Notes: generated from the sequence alone by a model not told the origin. DNA of 64,000 nt from Flavobacteriales bacterium (GCA_046329115.1 JAXLVG010000010.1:84482-148481), one strand, 5' to 3'. Shown: positions 28,067 through 38,380, numbered from the stretch's first letter. Program-made: numbers and translations.

Positions 28067-28702
28067 TCACATCCGGCTCTCCTCCAGGTCCGTGATCATC
28101 TTGAAGCGGTTGATCTTTATCGTCGGCCCCTGGAAGATCTTGATCACTTCGTTGATCGTGGAATACTTCGCGTTGCCATCGCCCTTCAGCGCCACCAACG
28201 GGTTCTTCCCCCCGCCTTCGCTGCTGAAGATCATCTGGGTCACGCGGATCCAGTCCTGCAACTGGTTGTTCGCATCGTCGTAGGGGATGCCTTTGGACTG
28301 CTGGTCCACCTCCTTGCGCTCGGTGCCGTTGTCCAGGTCCAGGTAGCCCGGCAGCATGGCCATGGGCACCCCGATGTTGTTCAGGTTGGTGAAGCGGGTC
28401 ACCTGGTCTTCCGTAAGCGGCGGCAGGTTGTAGCGCTTGGCCATCTCCACCACCACCGCGGTGCGCACCTTCTTGTCCGTGAAGTCCCAGAACACGCGTC
28501 CGGCACTGTCCACGGTGATGGTCATCAGGTTCTCCGTGGGGATGGGGCTCTGGCTCATGCTGCTCGGCGTGTCCACGGCAACGGCCTCCTCCGGCCGGAA
28601 CTGCGCGGTGAGCATGAAGAAGGTCACCAACAGGAAGGCCAGGTCCACCATCGGGGTCATGTCCAGCGAGGGACTGCTCCGGGGCATCTTGATCTTCGGC
28701 AT
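28067..28702 (-). CDS. exbD: biopolymer transporter ExbD/TolR (second ExbD type of the cluster)
   Basis: 211 aa, LDMTPMVDLAFLLVTFFML. Confidence 0.8.
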   Translation of the reverse strand: MPKIKMPRSSPSLDMTPMVDLAFLLVTFFMLTAQFRPEEAVAVDTPSSMSQSPIPTENLMTITVDSAGRVFWDFTDKKVRTAVVVEMAKRYNLPPLTEDQVTRFTNLNNIGVPMAMLPGYLDLDNGTERKEVDQQSKGIPYDDANNQLQDWIRVTQMIFSSEGGGKNPLVALKGDGNAKYSTINEVIKIFQGPTIKINRFKMITDLEESRM

Positions 28703-28770
28703 GATGCGTCAGATGGGGTTGGTTGGTTCCTTGTGCGTCCGTCCGCCACAACAGCGGCACGGGATGTTCA

Positions 28771-29586
28771 TCACTTGTGGCTGGCGAGGGTCTGGCTCAC
28801 GCTGAAGCCGGCCTCGTCGATGCCGTGGGTGATGGCATCGATCTTCGTGCTGAAGTAGTTGAACATGATGATCGCGATGCACGAGCCGGTGATGCCGAGG
28901 GCCGTGTTGATCAGGGCCTCGGAGATACCGGTGGACAGTGCGGTGGCGTCGGGCGTACCGGCGGTGGCCAGCGCGGAGAACGAACGGATCATCCCCAGCA
29001 CCGTACCGATCAGACCCAGCAGGGTGCTGATACTGGCGCAGGTGGAGAGGATCACCAGGTTCTTGCTGAGCATGGGGAGCTCCAGCGCAGTGGCCTCCTC
29101 CAGTTCCTGCTTCACGGCCTGCAGGCGGGTCTCTTTGTCATGGCTGGCATCATACAGCACCCGCTTGTACTTCTCCAGGCCGCTGCGCATCACGTTGGCC
29201 ACACTGCCCTTCTGCTCATCGCAGCTGCCGATGGCCTCGTCGACCTGGTCGTTGGCCAGGTACTGGCGCACCTTGCCAAGGAAGGCCTCGATACGGCCGC
29301 TGCCCTTGGCCTTGCTGAGGGTGAGGAAACGCTCGATGCTGAAAATGATCACCAGCAGGTTCACCGTGATCAGGATGGGAACGATGAAGCCCCCCTTGTG
29401 GATGATACCGAAGGTATGGGCCGGTTCAGCCTCCACCGGGTGCCCCTTGATCGGGTCGCCGCCTTCGAAGTTGGCCGGGTCGCCCAACACGAACATGTAG
29501 AAGAGGATACTCACCAGCAGGGCCAGGGGGATCACAATGGCCACGAACATGCTGGACATCTTTCCGTCTTTGCTTTCAGCGCTCAT
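28771..29586 (-). CDS. exbB: MotA/TolQ/ExbB proton-channel family protein
   Basis: 271 aa, 3 TM helices. Conserved C-terminal region TALGITGSCIAIIMFNYF. First gene of the exbB-exbD-exbD-tonB cluster. Confidence 0.85.
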   Translation of the reverse strand: MSAESKDGKMSSMFVAIVIPLALLVSILFYMFVLGDPANFEGGDPIKGHPVEAEPAHTFGIIHKGGFIVPILITVNLLVIIFSIERFLTLSKAKGSGRIEAFLGKVRQYLANDQVDEAIGSCDEQKGSVANVMRSGLEKYKRVLYDASHDKETRLQAVKQELEEATALELPMLSKNLVILSTCASISTLLGLIGTVLGMIRSFSALATAGTPDATALSTGISEALINTALGITGSCIAIIMFNYFSTKIDAITHGIDEAGFSVSQTLASHK

Positions 29587-29908
29587 CGGTGGAGGGGTTG
29601 CGTTTCGGGGTTGCTTATGCCGCAGTGCGGCGTGATCGCGGTGGTCCGCCTTTTTTTCAGGCTGGCAAACATAGCAAAGGGTACGTTCGGCCTATGTTAC
29701 CGTTCTGTGCACCCAAGTGCCCGCCCGGACCCGCGCGCGGAGCCCCCCATTGCGCTGGGAGGCCGCTCCGGACAAGGGTGTATGGCGGTTCCGGTGGACA
29801 GGTGGAACGAACGGCACGTCCCACCGGCCTGGTACGTCCGATGCGGCCGGTCCGGGGAACGGTACGGGGCCGGCAGGGAACGGCGTGGCGGACAAGCTCC
29901 CTTCCGAG

Positions 29909-31507
29909 ATGAGCGCACGCATGGAGAAGGTCCCGTGGTCATCCCTGCTGGCCTGGCTCATCCTTGGAGCCACGGCCACCGCCCCCTTGTGGTTCACCTA
30001 CTTCCTCACCCTGGACGGCCCCATGCACGTGCTCCACACCTGCGCGCTGAAGGCCCAGTGGTTCAGCGGGCGCTATGACACGGCACAGGTCAGCTACGAT
30101 GCCAGCGACCGTTTCGATCCGAGCGACCTACTGCTGATGCCGCTCACGGTGCTGTGTTCGCCGGAACAGGCCCATGCCGCCTATGCGTCGCTCGCGCTGC
30201 TCACGCTGTTCGCAGGGATCGGCCTCGCCACCCGGTCCCTTGGGCGGAGTTCCGCATGGGCCATGGCCTGGTGCGCACCGCTCGCATGGAGCTACGTCCT
30301 CATCCTGGGCTTCCTTCCATTCGTGTTCGCCGTGGGCTGGGCGCTGGTGGTGGTGGGCTGGTGGAACGGCCTGCGCCGCGTGGAGGGCCGCCATGCCTGG
30401 TCGCTGTTGCTTGGTGCCGCCATCGCCCAATGGCTGCACCGCAGCGGTGGCACCGTGCTATTGCTCGGTCTGTGCACCACCGAACTGATGCGGTGGGCAG
30501 GTGACCGCGTTACGGCCCGCGAACGCCTCGCGTCGCTGCCCATGGGCTGGCGCTGGGCGGCCGTGTTGGCGGTCTTGGGGGCCTTGCTGTATACCGGGCT
30601 GGTGCTGGCACGCACACCGATCACGGAGATGCCGGCGCCCCGCGATGCGATGCAGGGCTTGCTCAGCTTGCGTGCGTTCCTGCTGCTGCATGCGGAGGCG
30701 GAAGCGCCCCACTTGCTGGTCCTGGGCGGCCTGTTGATCACGGCCGTGAGCGTGTCCATTGTCCGCAGGCTTCGAGGAATGGCCCCGCGCGGCGCAGCGG
30801 ATGGGCTGTGGGTGGCAGCGCTGCTCCTGTTCGCGGCCTCCGTGCTGGTGGACACCCCCTACGCCCGGTTGCTGTTCCTGCCCATCAGGGCGCAATGGCT
30901 CGCGTGGGTGCTGCTGGGGTGCTGGACCATCGTGTCACTTCCGCGGACATGGTGGGCGCATGCGCTCGTCGCGGGCATGGTGGTGGCGCACGGCCTGCGG
31001 ATCGTCGATGTGGAGCAGCGCATGGCCGGCTCCCGTATCACGCACGAAGAACTGCTCGCCGCCGTGGACCACCTGAAGCCCCACGGCGTGGTGATGCCCT
31101 TCAACCGCGACGACAACTGGCTCCATGATCACCTGGGCGCCTACCTCGCCGCACGGTATGAAGGTGTCCTCTTCAGCCCGCACGATCACCTGCGGTTCCG
31201 ATACGCGCAACCGGTCGCAACGCCCGTCCGTCTGTTCGGCACGGGCCCGCAGCACGGCCTGCGCTGGCTGGAGGCACATGTGGCCGGCGGTGGGCCGCCC
31301 GTGATCGACCACGTGGTCCTGATCGGCCACGGCGACCGGCCGGATGAGCGGTACCGCAACCTGGAGCGTGTGCTCGTGCGACACTTCGGGCTCACCTGGC
31401 GCAACCGGTATGTGGAGATCTGGACGAGGAACGGTGCGGGAACCACCGCGGACCACAAGGACCCCGGCCTTAACCTTGCGCCGCCACCAAGGGGTCGCGC
31501 CGAATGA
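29909..31507 (+). CDS. hypothetical polytopic membrane protein (possibly a GT-C-like glycosyltransferase)
   Basis: ORF 29717..31507. Likely start at ATG 29909 or 29921 (MEKVPWSSLLAWLILG). Numerous TM helices rich in W/R. Translationally coupled (ATGA) to the downstream GT61-like gene. Confidence 0.5.
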   Translation: MSARMEKVPWSSLLAWLILGATATAPLWFTYFLTLDGPMHVLHTCALKAQWFSGRYDTAQVSYDASDRFDPSDLLLMPLTVLCSPEQAHAAYASLALLTLFAGIGLATRSLGRSSAWAMAWCAPLAWSYVLILGFLPFVFAVGWALVVVGWWNGLRRVEGRHAWSLLLGAAIAQWLHRSGGTVLLLGLCTTELMRWAGDRVTARERLASLPMGWRWAAVLAVLGALLYTGLVLARTPITEMPAPRDAMQGLLSLRAFLLLHAEAEAPHLLVLGGLLITAVSVSIVRRLRGMAPRGAADGLWVAALLLFAASVLVDTPYARLLFLPIRAQWLAWVLLGCWTIVSLPRTWWAHALVAGMVVAHGLRIVDVEQRMAGSRITHEELLAAVDHLKPHGVVMPFNRDDNWLHDHLGAYLAARYEGVLFSPHDHLRFRYAQPVATPVRLFGTGPQHGLRWLEAHVAGGGPPVIDHVVLIGHGDRPDERYRNLERVLVRHFGLTWRNRYVEIWTRNGAGTTADHKDPGLNLAPPPRGRAE

Positions 31508-32550
31508 CCATCCTGCTCAAGGGCCACACGGCTCACCGACGCCCGCCGCTCAACCTGGTGGAGGCCGACAGGCACTTGTTCGCCCACGAGCAGACACGCC
31601 GGATCGGAGACACGCGGCTCCACCACCTGCGCAACGCGCACATCCTGGACGGCCTGGTGTGCACCGTGCTGCCCCCCTGGCACTACGCACGCCTCACCTA
31701 CCTCACCGGGCAGGGCTGGCGCCCGCATGCGCGCGGCTGGCGCATGGCCCTGACCACGGCCCCGGGCCTGTTCCGCCCAGCAACGGTGATCGAGCGCGGT
31801 GTGTGGATCTGCGATGCCGGAAGCGGGAACTTCTTCCATTGGATGCTCGATGCCCTGCCGCGCCTGCTGGCAGCGGAAAGCGTGTCGGCCGGGTATGAAC
31901 TGCTGCTCCCCGAGCCGTTCGCCCGCGCCGGCTTCATCAAGTCCTCACTGGCCCGCCTGGGCATCGATCGGTACCGCGTGATCCCGACCGGCCAGCACGT
32001 GGTGGTGCGGGAACTACTGGTTCCTGACTACACGGCGGAGTCCGGCAACTTCAACGAGCCGCACGTCCGCGGTCTGCGCGATCGGTTCCGGCGGGAGTTC
32101 AACGCCGTGCGGAAGGACCGGCGCATCTTCATCAGCCGGGCCAAGGCGGCCACCCGGAGGATCAAGAACGAAGAGGCCCTGCTTCCCTTATTGCACGATC
32201 ACGGATTCGAGATCCACCACTTCGAGGACCTCCGGTTCGAGCAGCAGGCGGCGCTCATGGTGGAGGCAAGCCACCTGGTGGGCGTGCACGGCGCCGGGCT
32301 GACCAACATGCTGTACATGGAGGATGGCGGCTCCGTGCTGGAATTGCGGATACAGGACGATTCCCACAACAACTGCTATTTCGCCCTCGCATCGGCGATG
32401 GGGCTGGACTATTGGTACGTGCAGGCCACTGCCGGTCACAAGCTCACCCAACTTGCTGACCTTGAGGTGGATGTGGCGGCGTTTGCGAAGGCCTTGGAAG
32501 CCATGATGGCGGGCGGCCGTCCGGCCACGGTGAACATCCAAGGACGGTAA
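31504..32550 (+). CDS. glycosyltransferase family 61 / DUF563 protein
   Basis: 348 aa. GSGNFFHWMLDALPRL ... ISRAKAATRRIKNEEALLPLLHDHGF ... HLVGVHGAGLTNMLYM are the characteristic DUF563 blocks. Confidence 0.7.
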   Translation: MTILLKGHTAHRRPPLNLVEADRHLFAHEQTRRIGDTRLHHLRNAHILDGLVCTVLPPWHYARLTYLTGQGWRPHARGWRMALTTAPGLFRPATVIERGVWICDAGSGNFFHWMLDALPRLLAAESVSAGYELLLPEPFARAGFIKSSLARLGIDRYRVIPTGQHVVVRELLVPDYTAESGNFNEPHVRGLRDRFRREFNAVRKDRRIFISRAKAATRRIKNEEALLPLLHDHGFEIHHFEDLRFEQQAALMVEASHLVGVHGAGLTNMLYMEDGGSVLELRIQDDSHNNCYFALASAMGLDYWYVQATAGHKLTQLADLEVDVAAFAKALEAMMAGGRPATVNIQGR

Positions 32551-32641
32551 CGCCTTTTAACAGGGTGTGGCATACACCCCGGTACTGTCACCACGTCATA
32601 AGGGTGACGATCGGCATGGGAAGTGCCGTGAACTGAACACC

Positions 32642-33109
32642 ATGGACAAGCAAACAACGGTCGAACGGACACTGTACATCGACGCGCCCCCTGGCGTTGT
32701 GTGGAAGGCGATGACGGAGAGCCACTTGATCCGGCTCTACCGGCTGAACTCCTCCATCCAGGGCGAGTGGCGGAAGGGCGCCATGATCCAGTGGTTCGAA
32801 CTGAAGGACGGTAAGGAAGTGCTGCAGGCCAAGGGCAAGGTGATGGAGCTGATGCCGGGTCACCGGCTGCGCCACACGACCTACACGCCCGCATCCGGCC
32901 TGCCGGACGAGCCCGCGAACTACACCACCGTGGACATCACCTTGGATGTGGAGAAGGACGGTCGCACACGCCTGCAGCTCTGGCAGGGCGAGTTCGCTGG
33001 ACTGCCGCACGCCGAGCGCATGGCGCGTGAAGCGGGCCGCCGCTGGGTGGAGGCCTTGGTGGGCCTGAAGCGGGTCGCCGAGGAGGAGGCGCGCGACATG
33101 GCCGCTTAG
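32642..33109 (+). CDS. SRPBCC domain protein (Aha1/AHSA1-like)
   Basis: ORF 32567..33109. ATG at 32642 (MDKQTTVERTLYIDAPPGVVWKAMTESHLIRLY). ~155 aa. Confidence 0.7.
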   Translation: MDKQTTVERTLYIDAPPGVVWKAMTESHLIRLYRLNSSIQGEWRKGAMIQWFELKDGKEVLQAKGKVMELMPGHRLRHTTYTPASGLPDEPANYTTVDITLDVEKDGRTRLQLWQGEFAGLPHAERMAREAGRRWVEALVGLKRVAEEEARDMAA

Positions 33110-33181
33110 TTGGCTCCGTAGGCGCTCGGACCGTAGCTTCCGACCGTGCCATCTAACTTCGCGGCCCTTTCAGAAGCCGCG

Positions 33182-36100
33182 ATGGACAAGCGTTTCCCGC
33201 AGTACGACGAGCTCGACCTGCCCAAGGTCGCCGAGGAGGTGTTGACCCAGTGGGAGGCCGAGGACACCTTCGGCCAGAGCCTGCAGCTGCGCAAGGACGC
33301 GCCGCCCTTCGTGTTCTACGAGGGCCCGCCCAGCGCCAACGGCCTGCCCGGCATCCACCACGTGATGGCGCGCACCATCAAGGACATCTTCTGCCGCTAC
33401 CAGACGCAGAAGGGCCACCGCGTGGACCGCAAGGCCGGCTGGGACACGCACGGCCTGCCGATCGAGCTGGGTGTGGAGAAGGAGCTCGGCATCACCAAGG
33501 AGGACATCGGCAAGACCATCAGCATCGAGGAGTACAATGCCGCGTGCCGCAAGGCCGTGATGCGCTACACCGATGTGTGGAACGACCTCACCAAGCGCAT
33601 CGGCTTCTGGCTCGACCTGGAGAAGCCCTACGTCACCTACCACACGAAGTACATCGAGAGCGTATGGCACCTCTTGAAGCAGCTCTACGACCAGGATCTG
33701 CTGTACAAGGGCTACACCATCCAACCGTACAGCCCCGCTGCGGGTACGGGCCTTTCCTCGCACGAACTGAACCAGCCCGGCACCTACAAGCCGGTGAAGG
33801 ACACCAGCGTGGTGGCGCAGTTCAAGGTGAAGCGTGATGCGAACAGTGAGTGGCTGTTCAAGGACGCGTTCGGGGAGGTCTTCATCCTCGCGTGGACGAC
33901 CACACCGTGGACCCTGCCCAGCAACTGCGCGCTCACCGTGGGCCCCAAGCTGGACTATGTGCGGGTGAAAACCTTTAACCCGTACACGCATGCGCCACAG
34001 ACCGTGGTGCTGGCGAAGGCCCGGTTGAACGCGTACTTCAAGCCGGACAATCAGAACGCTTCGTTCGAGGACTACAAGAAGGACGGCAAGAACATCCCCT
34101 GGAGCATCCTCGATGAGTTCTACGGCCACCAGCTGGAAGGCGTCCGCTACGAGCAATTGCTGCCCTACGCCCAGCCCGAAGGCGGCGATGCCTTCAAGGT
34201 CATCGGCGGGGATTTCGTCACCACGGAGGACGGCACCGGCGTGGTGCACACGGCGCCCAGCTTCGGTGCGGATGACCAACGCGTGGCGCGCCAGCACGGC
34301 ATCGGTTCGCTGACGCTTGTGGACCTGCGCGGCCGCTTCAAGCCCGAGGTCACGGACTTCGCGGGCGAGTACGTGAAGGCCGAGTACCTCAACGCGGAGG
34401 AGCAGGCCGCTGAGGCGAAGAAGCAGGGGCGCGACAAGTACCTCAGCGTGGACGAGCGCATCGCCATCAAGCTGAAGACCGAAGGCCGCGCCTTCAAGGT
34501 GGAGAAGTACGAGCACAACTACCCGCACTGCTGGCGGACCGACAAGCCCGTGCTCTACTACCCGCTCGACAGCTGGTTCGTGCGTGTGACCGCGAAGAAG
34601 GACCGGTTGATCGCGCTCAACAAGACCATCACCTGGAAGCCCGAGAGCACCGGCACCGGCCGCTTCGGCAACTGGCTGGAGAACCTGCAGGACTGGAACC
34701 TCTCGCGCAGCCGCTACTGGGGCATCCCGCTGCCCATCTGGCGCACGGAGGACGGCAGCGAGGAGCTCTGCATCGGTTCGTTGAAACAACTGAAGGAGGA
34801 GATCGCCCGCAGCGTACAGGCAGGCATCCTGCCTGCCGATCCGTACGCTGCGTTCGATCCACAAGACATGAGCGATGCCAACTACGACCGCATCGACATC
34901 CACCGTCCGTACGTTGACAACATCGTGCTGGTGAGCCCCAGCGGCAAGCCCATGCACCGCGAGACCGACCTGATCGACGTATGGTTCGACAGCGGCGCGA
35001 TGCCCTACGCGCAGTGGCACTATCCCTTCGAGAACGAGGCCACCTTCAAGGAGAAGTTCCCAGCAGCCTTCATCGCCGAGGGCGTGGACCAGACGCGCGG
35101 CTGGTTCTACACGTTGCACGCCATCGCCACGCTCACGCAGGACAGCGTGGCCTACCGGACCGTGGTGAGCAACGGCCTGGTGCTCGACAAGGTGGGCCAG
35201 AAGATGAGCAAGCGCCTGGGCAACGCCGTTGATCCGTTCAAGACACTGGACCAGTACGGTGCCGATGCCGTGCGTTGGTACATGATCAGCAACGCTTCGC
35301 CGTGGGACAACCTGAAGTTCGACGCCGAGGGCATCACCGAGGTGCAACGCAAGTTCTTCCGCGCGCTCTTCAACACCTACAACTTCTTCGCGCTGTACGC
35401 GAACATCGATGGATTCGACGGGAAGGGCGAGGCGATGTTGACGGAGAGCGACCGCTGGATCCTCTCGCGCCTCAACAGCGTGCTGAAGCTGGCCGACGCG
35501 AGCTACGCCGATTACGAGCCCACCATCGCCGCGCGCGCCATCCAGGATTTCGTGGTGGAGGACCTCAGCAACTGGTACGTGCGCCTCAATCGCCGTCGCT
35601 TCTGGAAAGGTGAGCTCGGCGCCGACAAGAACGCGGCGTTCCGCACGTTGCACCGCTGCCTGGAAGTGATCGCGATGCTGAGCGCGCCCATCGCGCCCTT
35701 CTTCAGTGATCGCCTGTACCGGGACCTGAAGGGCACGAGCGTTCACCTGAGCGATTGGCCGAAGCACGACGAGTCACTCATCGACACCGAGCTCGAGCAG
35801 CGCACCGCGCTCGCACAGAAGCTCACCTCGCTCGTGCTCAGCATCCGCAAGAAGGAAGGCCACCGCGTGCGCCAGCCCTTGCAGAAGATGCTGGTGCCCG
35901 TGACCGACGCAGCGATACGCACGCGCCTGGAGGCCATCCGCGACCTCGTGCTGAGCGAAGTGAACGTGAAGGAGCTGGTGATCCTCGACGCCAGCGAGAG
36001 CAAGCTCACCAAGAAGATCAAGCCCGACTTCAAGAAGCTGGGCGCCCGCATGGGCAAATTGATGAAGAGCGTGGCCGCTGCGGTGAACGCGTTCTCGCAA

Positions 36101-36565
36101 GCGCAGATCGCCGAATTGGAGGCGAACGGCAGCATGAAGCTGAGCGTGGAGGGTCAGGAGGTGGAGCTGCTGCGCGACGACGTGGAGATCACCGCCGAGA
36201 ACGTGCCGGGGCTGAGCGTGGCCAGCGATGGGGCGCTTACCGTAGCGCTCGACATCACCCTCACCGATGAGCTGGTGCAGGAGGGCATTGCCCGCGAGCT
36301 GGTGAGCCGGATCCAGACCCTTCGGAAGGAGAGCGGCTTCGAAGTGACGGACCGTGTACAGCTGCACATCCATGACAACGGCGATCCGCGCCTTCGGTCG
36401 GCGGTGGTGGGCCACGCCTCGTGGATACTGGCGGAGACCCTGGCCACAACCCCTGTGGATCAAGTACTTGTGAGCACCCTGCCAGCGGAAGGGGCCGGGG
36501 TGCACGAGGTTGAGCTGGACGAGACCTTGCGCTGCGGGCTGATGCTGGTGCGTTCCGTGAACTGA
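33182..36565 (+). CDS. ileS: isoleucine--tRNA ligase
   Basis: ORF 33146..36565 (GTG). The conserved N-terminus begins MDKRFPQYDELDLPKVAEEVL at ATG 33182. HIGH-type motif (PSANGLPGIHH) and KMSKR-type motif (KMSKRLGN). ~1127 aa, Bacteroidota-type long IleS. Confidence 0.95.
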   Translation: MDKRFPQYDELDLPKVAEEVLTQWEAEDTFGQSLQLRKDAPPFVFYEGPPSANGLPGIHHVMARTIKDIFCRYQTQKGHRVDRKAGWDTHGLPIELGVEKELGITKEDIGKTISIEEYNAACRKAVMRYTDVWNDLTKRIGFWLDLEKPYVTYHTKYIESVWHLLKQLYDQDLLYKGYTIQPYSPAAGTGLSSHELNQPGTYKPVKDTSVVAQFKVKRDANSEWLFKDAFGEVFILAWTTTPWTLPSNCALTVGPKLDYVRVKTFNPYTHAPQTVVLAKARLNAYFKPDNQNASFEDYKKDGKNIPWSILDEFYGHQLEGVRYEQLLPYAQPEGGDAFKVIGGDFVTTEDGTGVVHTAPSFGADDQRVARQHGIGSLTLVDLRGRFKPEVTDFAGEYVKAEYLNAEEQAAEAKKQGRDKYLSVDERIAIKLKTEGRAFKVEKYEHNYPHCWRTDKPVLYYPLDSWFVRVTAKKDRLIALNKTITWKPESTGTGRFGNWLENLQDWNLSRSRYWGIPLPIWRTEDGSEELCIGSLKQLKEEIARSVQAGILPADPYAAFDPQDMSDANYDRIDIHRPYVDNIVLVSPSGKPMHRETDLIDVWFDSGAMPYAQWHYPFENEATFKEKFPAAFIAEGVDQTRGWFYTLHAIATLTQDSVAYRTVVSNGLVLDKVGQKMSKRLGNAVDPFKTLDQYGADAVRWYMISNASPWDNLKFDAEGITEVQRKFFRALFNTYNFFALYANIDGFDGKGEAMLTESDRWILSRLNSVLKLADASYADYEPTIAARAIQDFVVEDLSNWYVRLNRRRFWKGELGADKNAAFRTLHRCLEVIAMLSAPIAPFFSDRLYRDLKGTSVHLSDWPKHDESLIDTELEQRTALAQKLTSLVLSIRKKEGHRVRQPLQKMLVPVTDAAIRTRLEAIRDLVLSEVNVKELVILDASESKLTKKIKPDFKKLGARMGKLMKSVAAAVNAFSQAQIAELEANGSMKLSVEGQEVELLRDDVEITAENVPGLSVASDGALTVALDITLTDELVQEGIARELVSRIQTLRKESGFEVTDRVQLHIHDNGDPRLRSAVVGHASWILAETLATTPVDQVLVSTLPAEGAGVHEVELDETLRCGLMLVRSVN

Positions 36566-36613
36566 GGGCCTGAAGCCTCTATATTCGCGGATCCTTTCAA
36601 AAAGGGGTACGCC

Positions 36614-37516
36614 ATGGCCAAGAAACCCGCACCCAAAAAGGCCGCCAAGCCTGTGAAGAAGGCGGCCACGAAGCCGGTCAAGAAGGCGGCACCGGCGAAG
36701 AAGCCTGCTGCCAAGAAGCCGGTATCGAAGCCCAAGCCGAAGCCTGCGGCGAAGAAACCGGTGAAGGCCGCGGCCAAGCCTGTTGCGCCCAAGAAGGTCG
36801 CCAAGCCGGCCCCCCCGAAGAAGGCAGCGCCCGCGCCGAAGAAGGCCGTGGCCAAACCCGCGCCCAAGTCGGCACCGAAAGCGGCACCGAAGCCCGTTGC
36901 GAAAGCACCGGCACCCGCCCCGAAGGCACCGGCCAAGCCGGCTCCCGCCGCCAAACCGGCGCCGGCCCCGAAGCCTGTCGCCACCAAGCCTGTAGCAGAG
37001 AAACCCGTAGCGAAAGCCACCGTGAAGAAGGAAGAGACCTCGAAGACCGCGGCCAAGCCGCTCGTTACGCAGACCAGCGCCCCCATGATCCACAAGGCAG
37101 CGCCGATGGTCAAGAAGCAGGTGAGCACGCTGGAGTCCTCCGGCAAGGAGCGCTACAGCGACGCCGAGCTGGATGAGTTCAAGAAGATCATCCTGTCCAA
37201 GCTGGAGGAGGCCCGTAAGGATTACGACCTGCTGAAGCAGACGCTGGCGAACACGGACAACAACGGCACGGAGGACACGAGCCCCTCGTTCAAGATGATC
37301 GAGGACGGCAGCGAGACCCTGAGCCGCGAGGAGACCGCCCAGCTGGCCGCCCGCCAGGAGAAGTTCATCAAGCACTTGGAGGACGCGCTGCTGCGCATCC
37401 GCAACAAGACCTACGGGATCTGCCGCGTCACCGGCCGCCTGATCAGCAAGGAGCGCCTGCGCCTCGTGCCGCACGCCACCCTCAGCATCGAGGCGAAGCA
37501 GCAGATGAGCAGCTAG
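36614..37516 (+). CDS. DksA/TraR family C4-type zinc-finger regulator with a ~150 aa histone-H1-like Lys/Ala/Pro-rich N-terminal extension
   Basis: The C-terminal 135 aa (ERYSDAELDEFKKIILSKLEEA...NKTYGICRVTGRLISKERLRLVPHATLSIEAK) form the DksA/TraR domain found downstream of ileS in Bacteroidota. The upstream in-frame region 36614..37084 encodes AKKP/AKPA repeats with GC3-biased codons. Alternative starts lie at 37085 and 37106. Confidence 0.65.
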   Translation: MAKKPAPKKAAKPVKKAATKPVKKAAPAKKPAAKKPVSKPKPKPAAKKPVKAAAKPVAPKKVAKPAPPKKAAPAPKKAVAKPAPKSAPKAAPKPVAKAPAPAPKAPAKPAPAAKPAPAPKPVATKPVAEKPVAKATVKKEETSKTAAKPLVTQTSAPMIHKAAPMVKKQVSTLESSGKERYSDAELDEFKKIILSKLEEARKDYDLLKQTLANTDNNGTEDTSPSFKMIEDGSETLSREETAQLAARQEKFIKHLEDALLRIRNKTYGICRVTGRLISKERLRLVPHATLSIEAKQQMSS

Positions 37517-37538
37517 GGCGCACCGCACCGGCGAAGCC

Positions 37539-38306
37539 TTGAAGCGCGCGCTGATCGTTGTCCTGCTGGTCATCGTGGCCGACCAGGTCCTGAAGATCTG
37601 GGTGAAGACCCATTTCCAACTGGGCGAGTACATCCGCCTGTTCGGACCGGACAGCAACAAGGCCTACCTGCAGTTCGTGGAGAACGACGGCATGGCCTTC
37701 GGCCTGCGCTTCGGTGGTTCCGCGGGCAAGCCCCTGCTCACCCTGTTCCGCATCGTGGCCGTGGTGGTGATCGGCATGATCATGCGCCAGATGGCGCGCC
37801 AGGGGCGCAGCACCTGGCAGGTGGTGAGCATGGCCCTGATCTTCGCCGGCGCATTGGGCAACATCATCGACAGCGCCTTCTACGGGATCCTGTTCGACAA
37901 GGGGACGGTATACGATCCGGTGACGGACACGGCCATCGGCTACAAGGGACTGGCCGCCTTCGGTCAACCGGGCTATGCATCGTTCCTGCACGGCTCGGTG
38001 GTGGACATGTTCTACTTCCCGCTCTGGCAAGGGCGGTTCCCGGACTGGCTGCCGATCTGGGGTGGCACCTACTTCGAGTTCTTCAAGCCCGTGTTCAACA
38101 TCGCCGATGCGGCGATCAGTGTGGGCGTTGTGCTGATGCTGCTGACCAGCGGGCACCGCAGCGAGCCGGAGCCCGCGAGCGCGGCCGCACCGGACAAGGG
38201 GACAACACCTGCTGACGCGCTGGCTCCGGCTGCCGATGCGCACAGCGGGCAGGTATCCGACAGTGACCGCACGGACCGGGACCCCGGCGCGGTCGACCCG
38301 AAATGA
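37539..38306 (+). CDS. lspA: signal peptidase II (lipoprotein signal peptidase)
   Basis: TTG start per the track. Conserved LspA motifs (GNIIDSAFYG, FNIADAAISVG). Sits in the ileS-dksA-lspA arrangement. Pro/Ala-rich acidic C-terminal tail. Confidence 0.85.
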   Translation: MKRALIVVLLVIVADQVLKIWVKTHFQLGEYIRLFGPDSNKAYLQFVENDGMAFGLRFGGSAGKPLLTLFRIVAVVVIGMIMRQMARQGRSTWQVVSMALIFAGALGNIIDSAFYGILFDKGTVYDPVTDTAIGYKGLAAFGQPGYASFLHGSVVDMFYFPLWQGRFPDWLPIWGGTYFEFFKPVFNIADAAISVGVVLMLLTSGHRSEPEPASAAAPDKGTTPADALAPAADAHSGQVSDSDRTDRDPGAVDPK

Positions 38307-38380
38307 AAGCTTCACCCCGGCGCACCATCAATGGCGGCCGGGCGCATTCGCCGACGGATGCGGCATGAACCTGTCCCTGC

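Noticed and set aside
29587-29908. Possible tRNA or small RNA in the 320-bp exbB / membrane-protein divergent intergenic region
   Set aside because: No cloverleaf-compatible segment or conserved T-loop/anticodon-stem signature could be found. The stem-T7 feature (gcggtggtccgcc ttttttt) is on the wrong strand and position to terminate either flanking gene. Treated as promoter DNA.
33170-35767. 865-aa ORF antisense to ileS
   Set aside because: Fully embedded opposite the strongly supported ileS gene. Arg/Ala/Gly/Val-rich composition typical of an antisense high-GC artefact.
36460-37146. Minus-strand ORF encoding a Gly/Ala/Phe-rich 228-aa peptide
   Set aside because: Mirror image of the plus-strand AKP-repeat region of the dksA-like gene. 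The plus-strand reading joins in frame to a conserved DksA/TraR domain and has GC3-biased codons, so the antisense frame is rejected.
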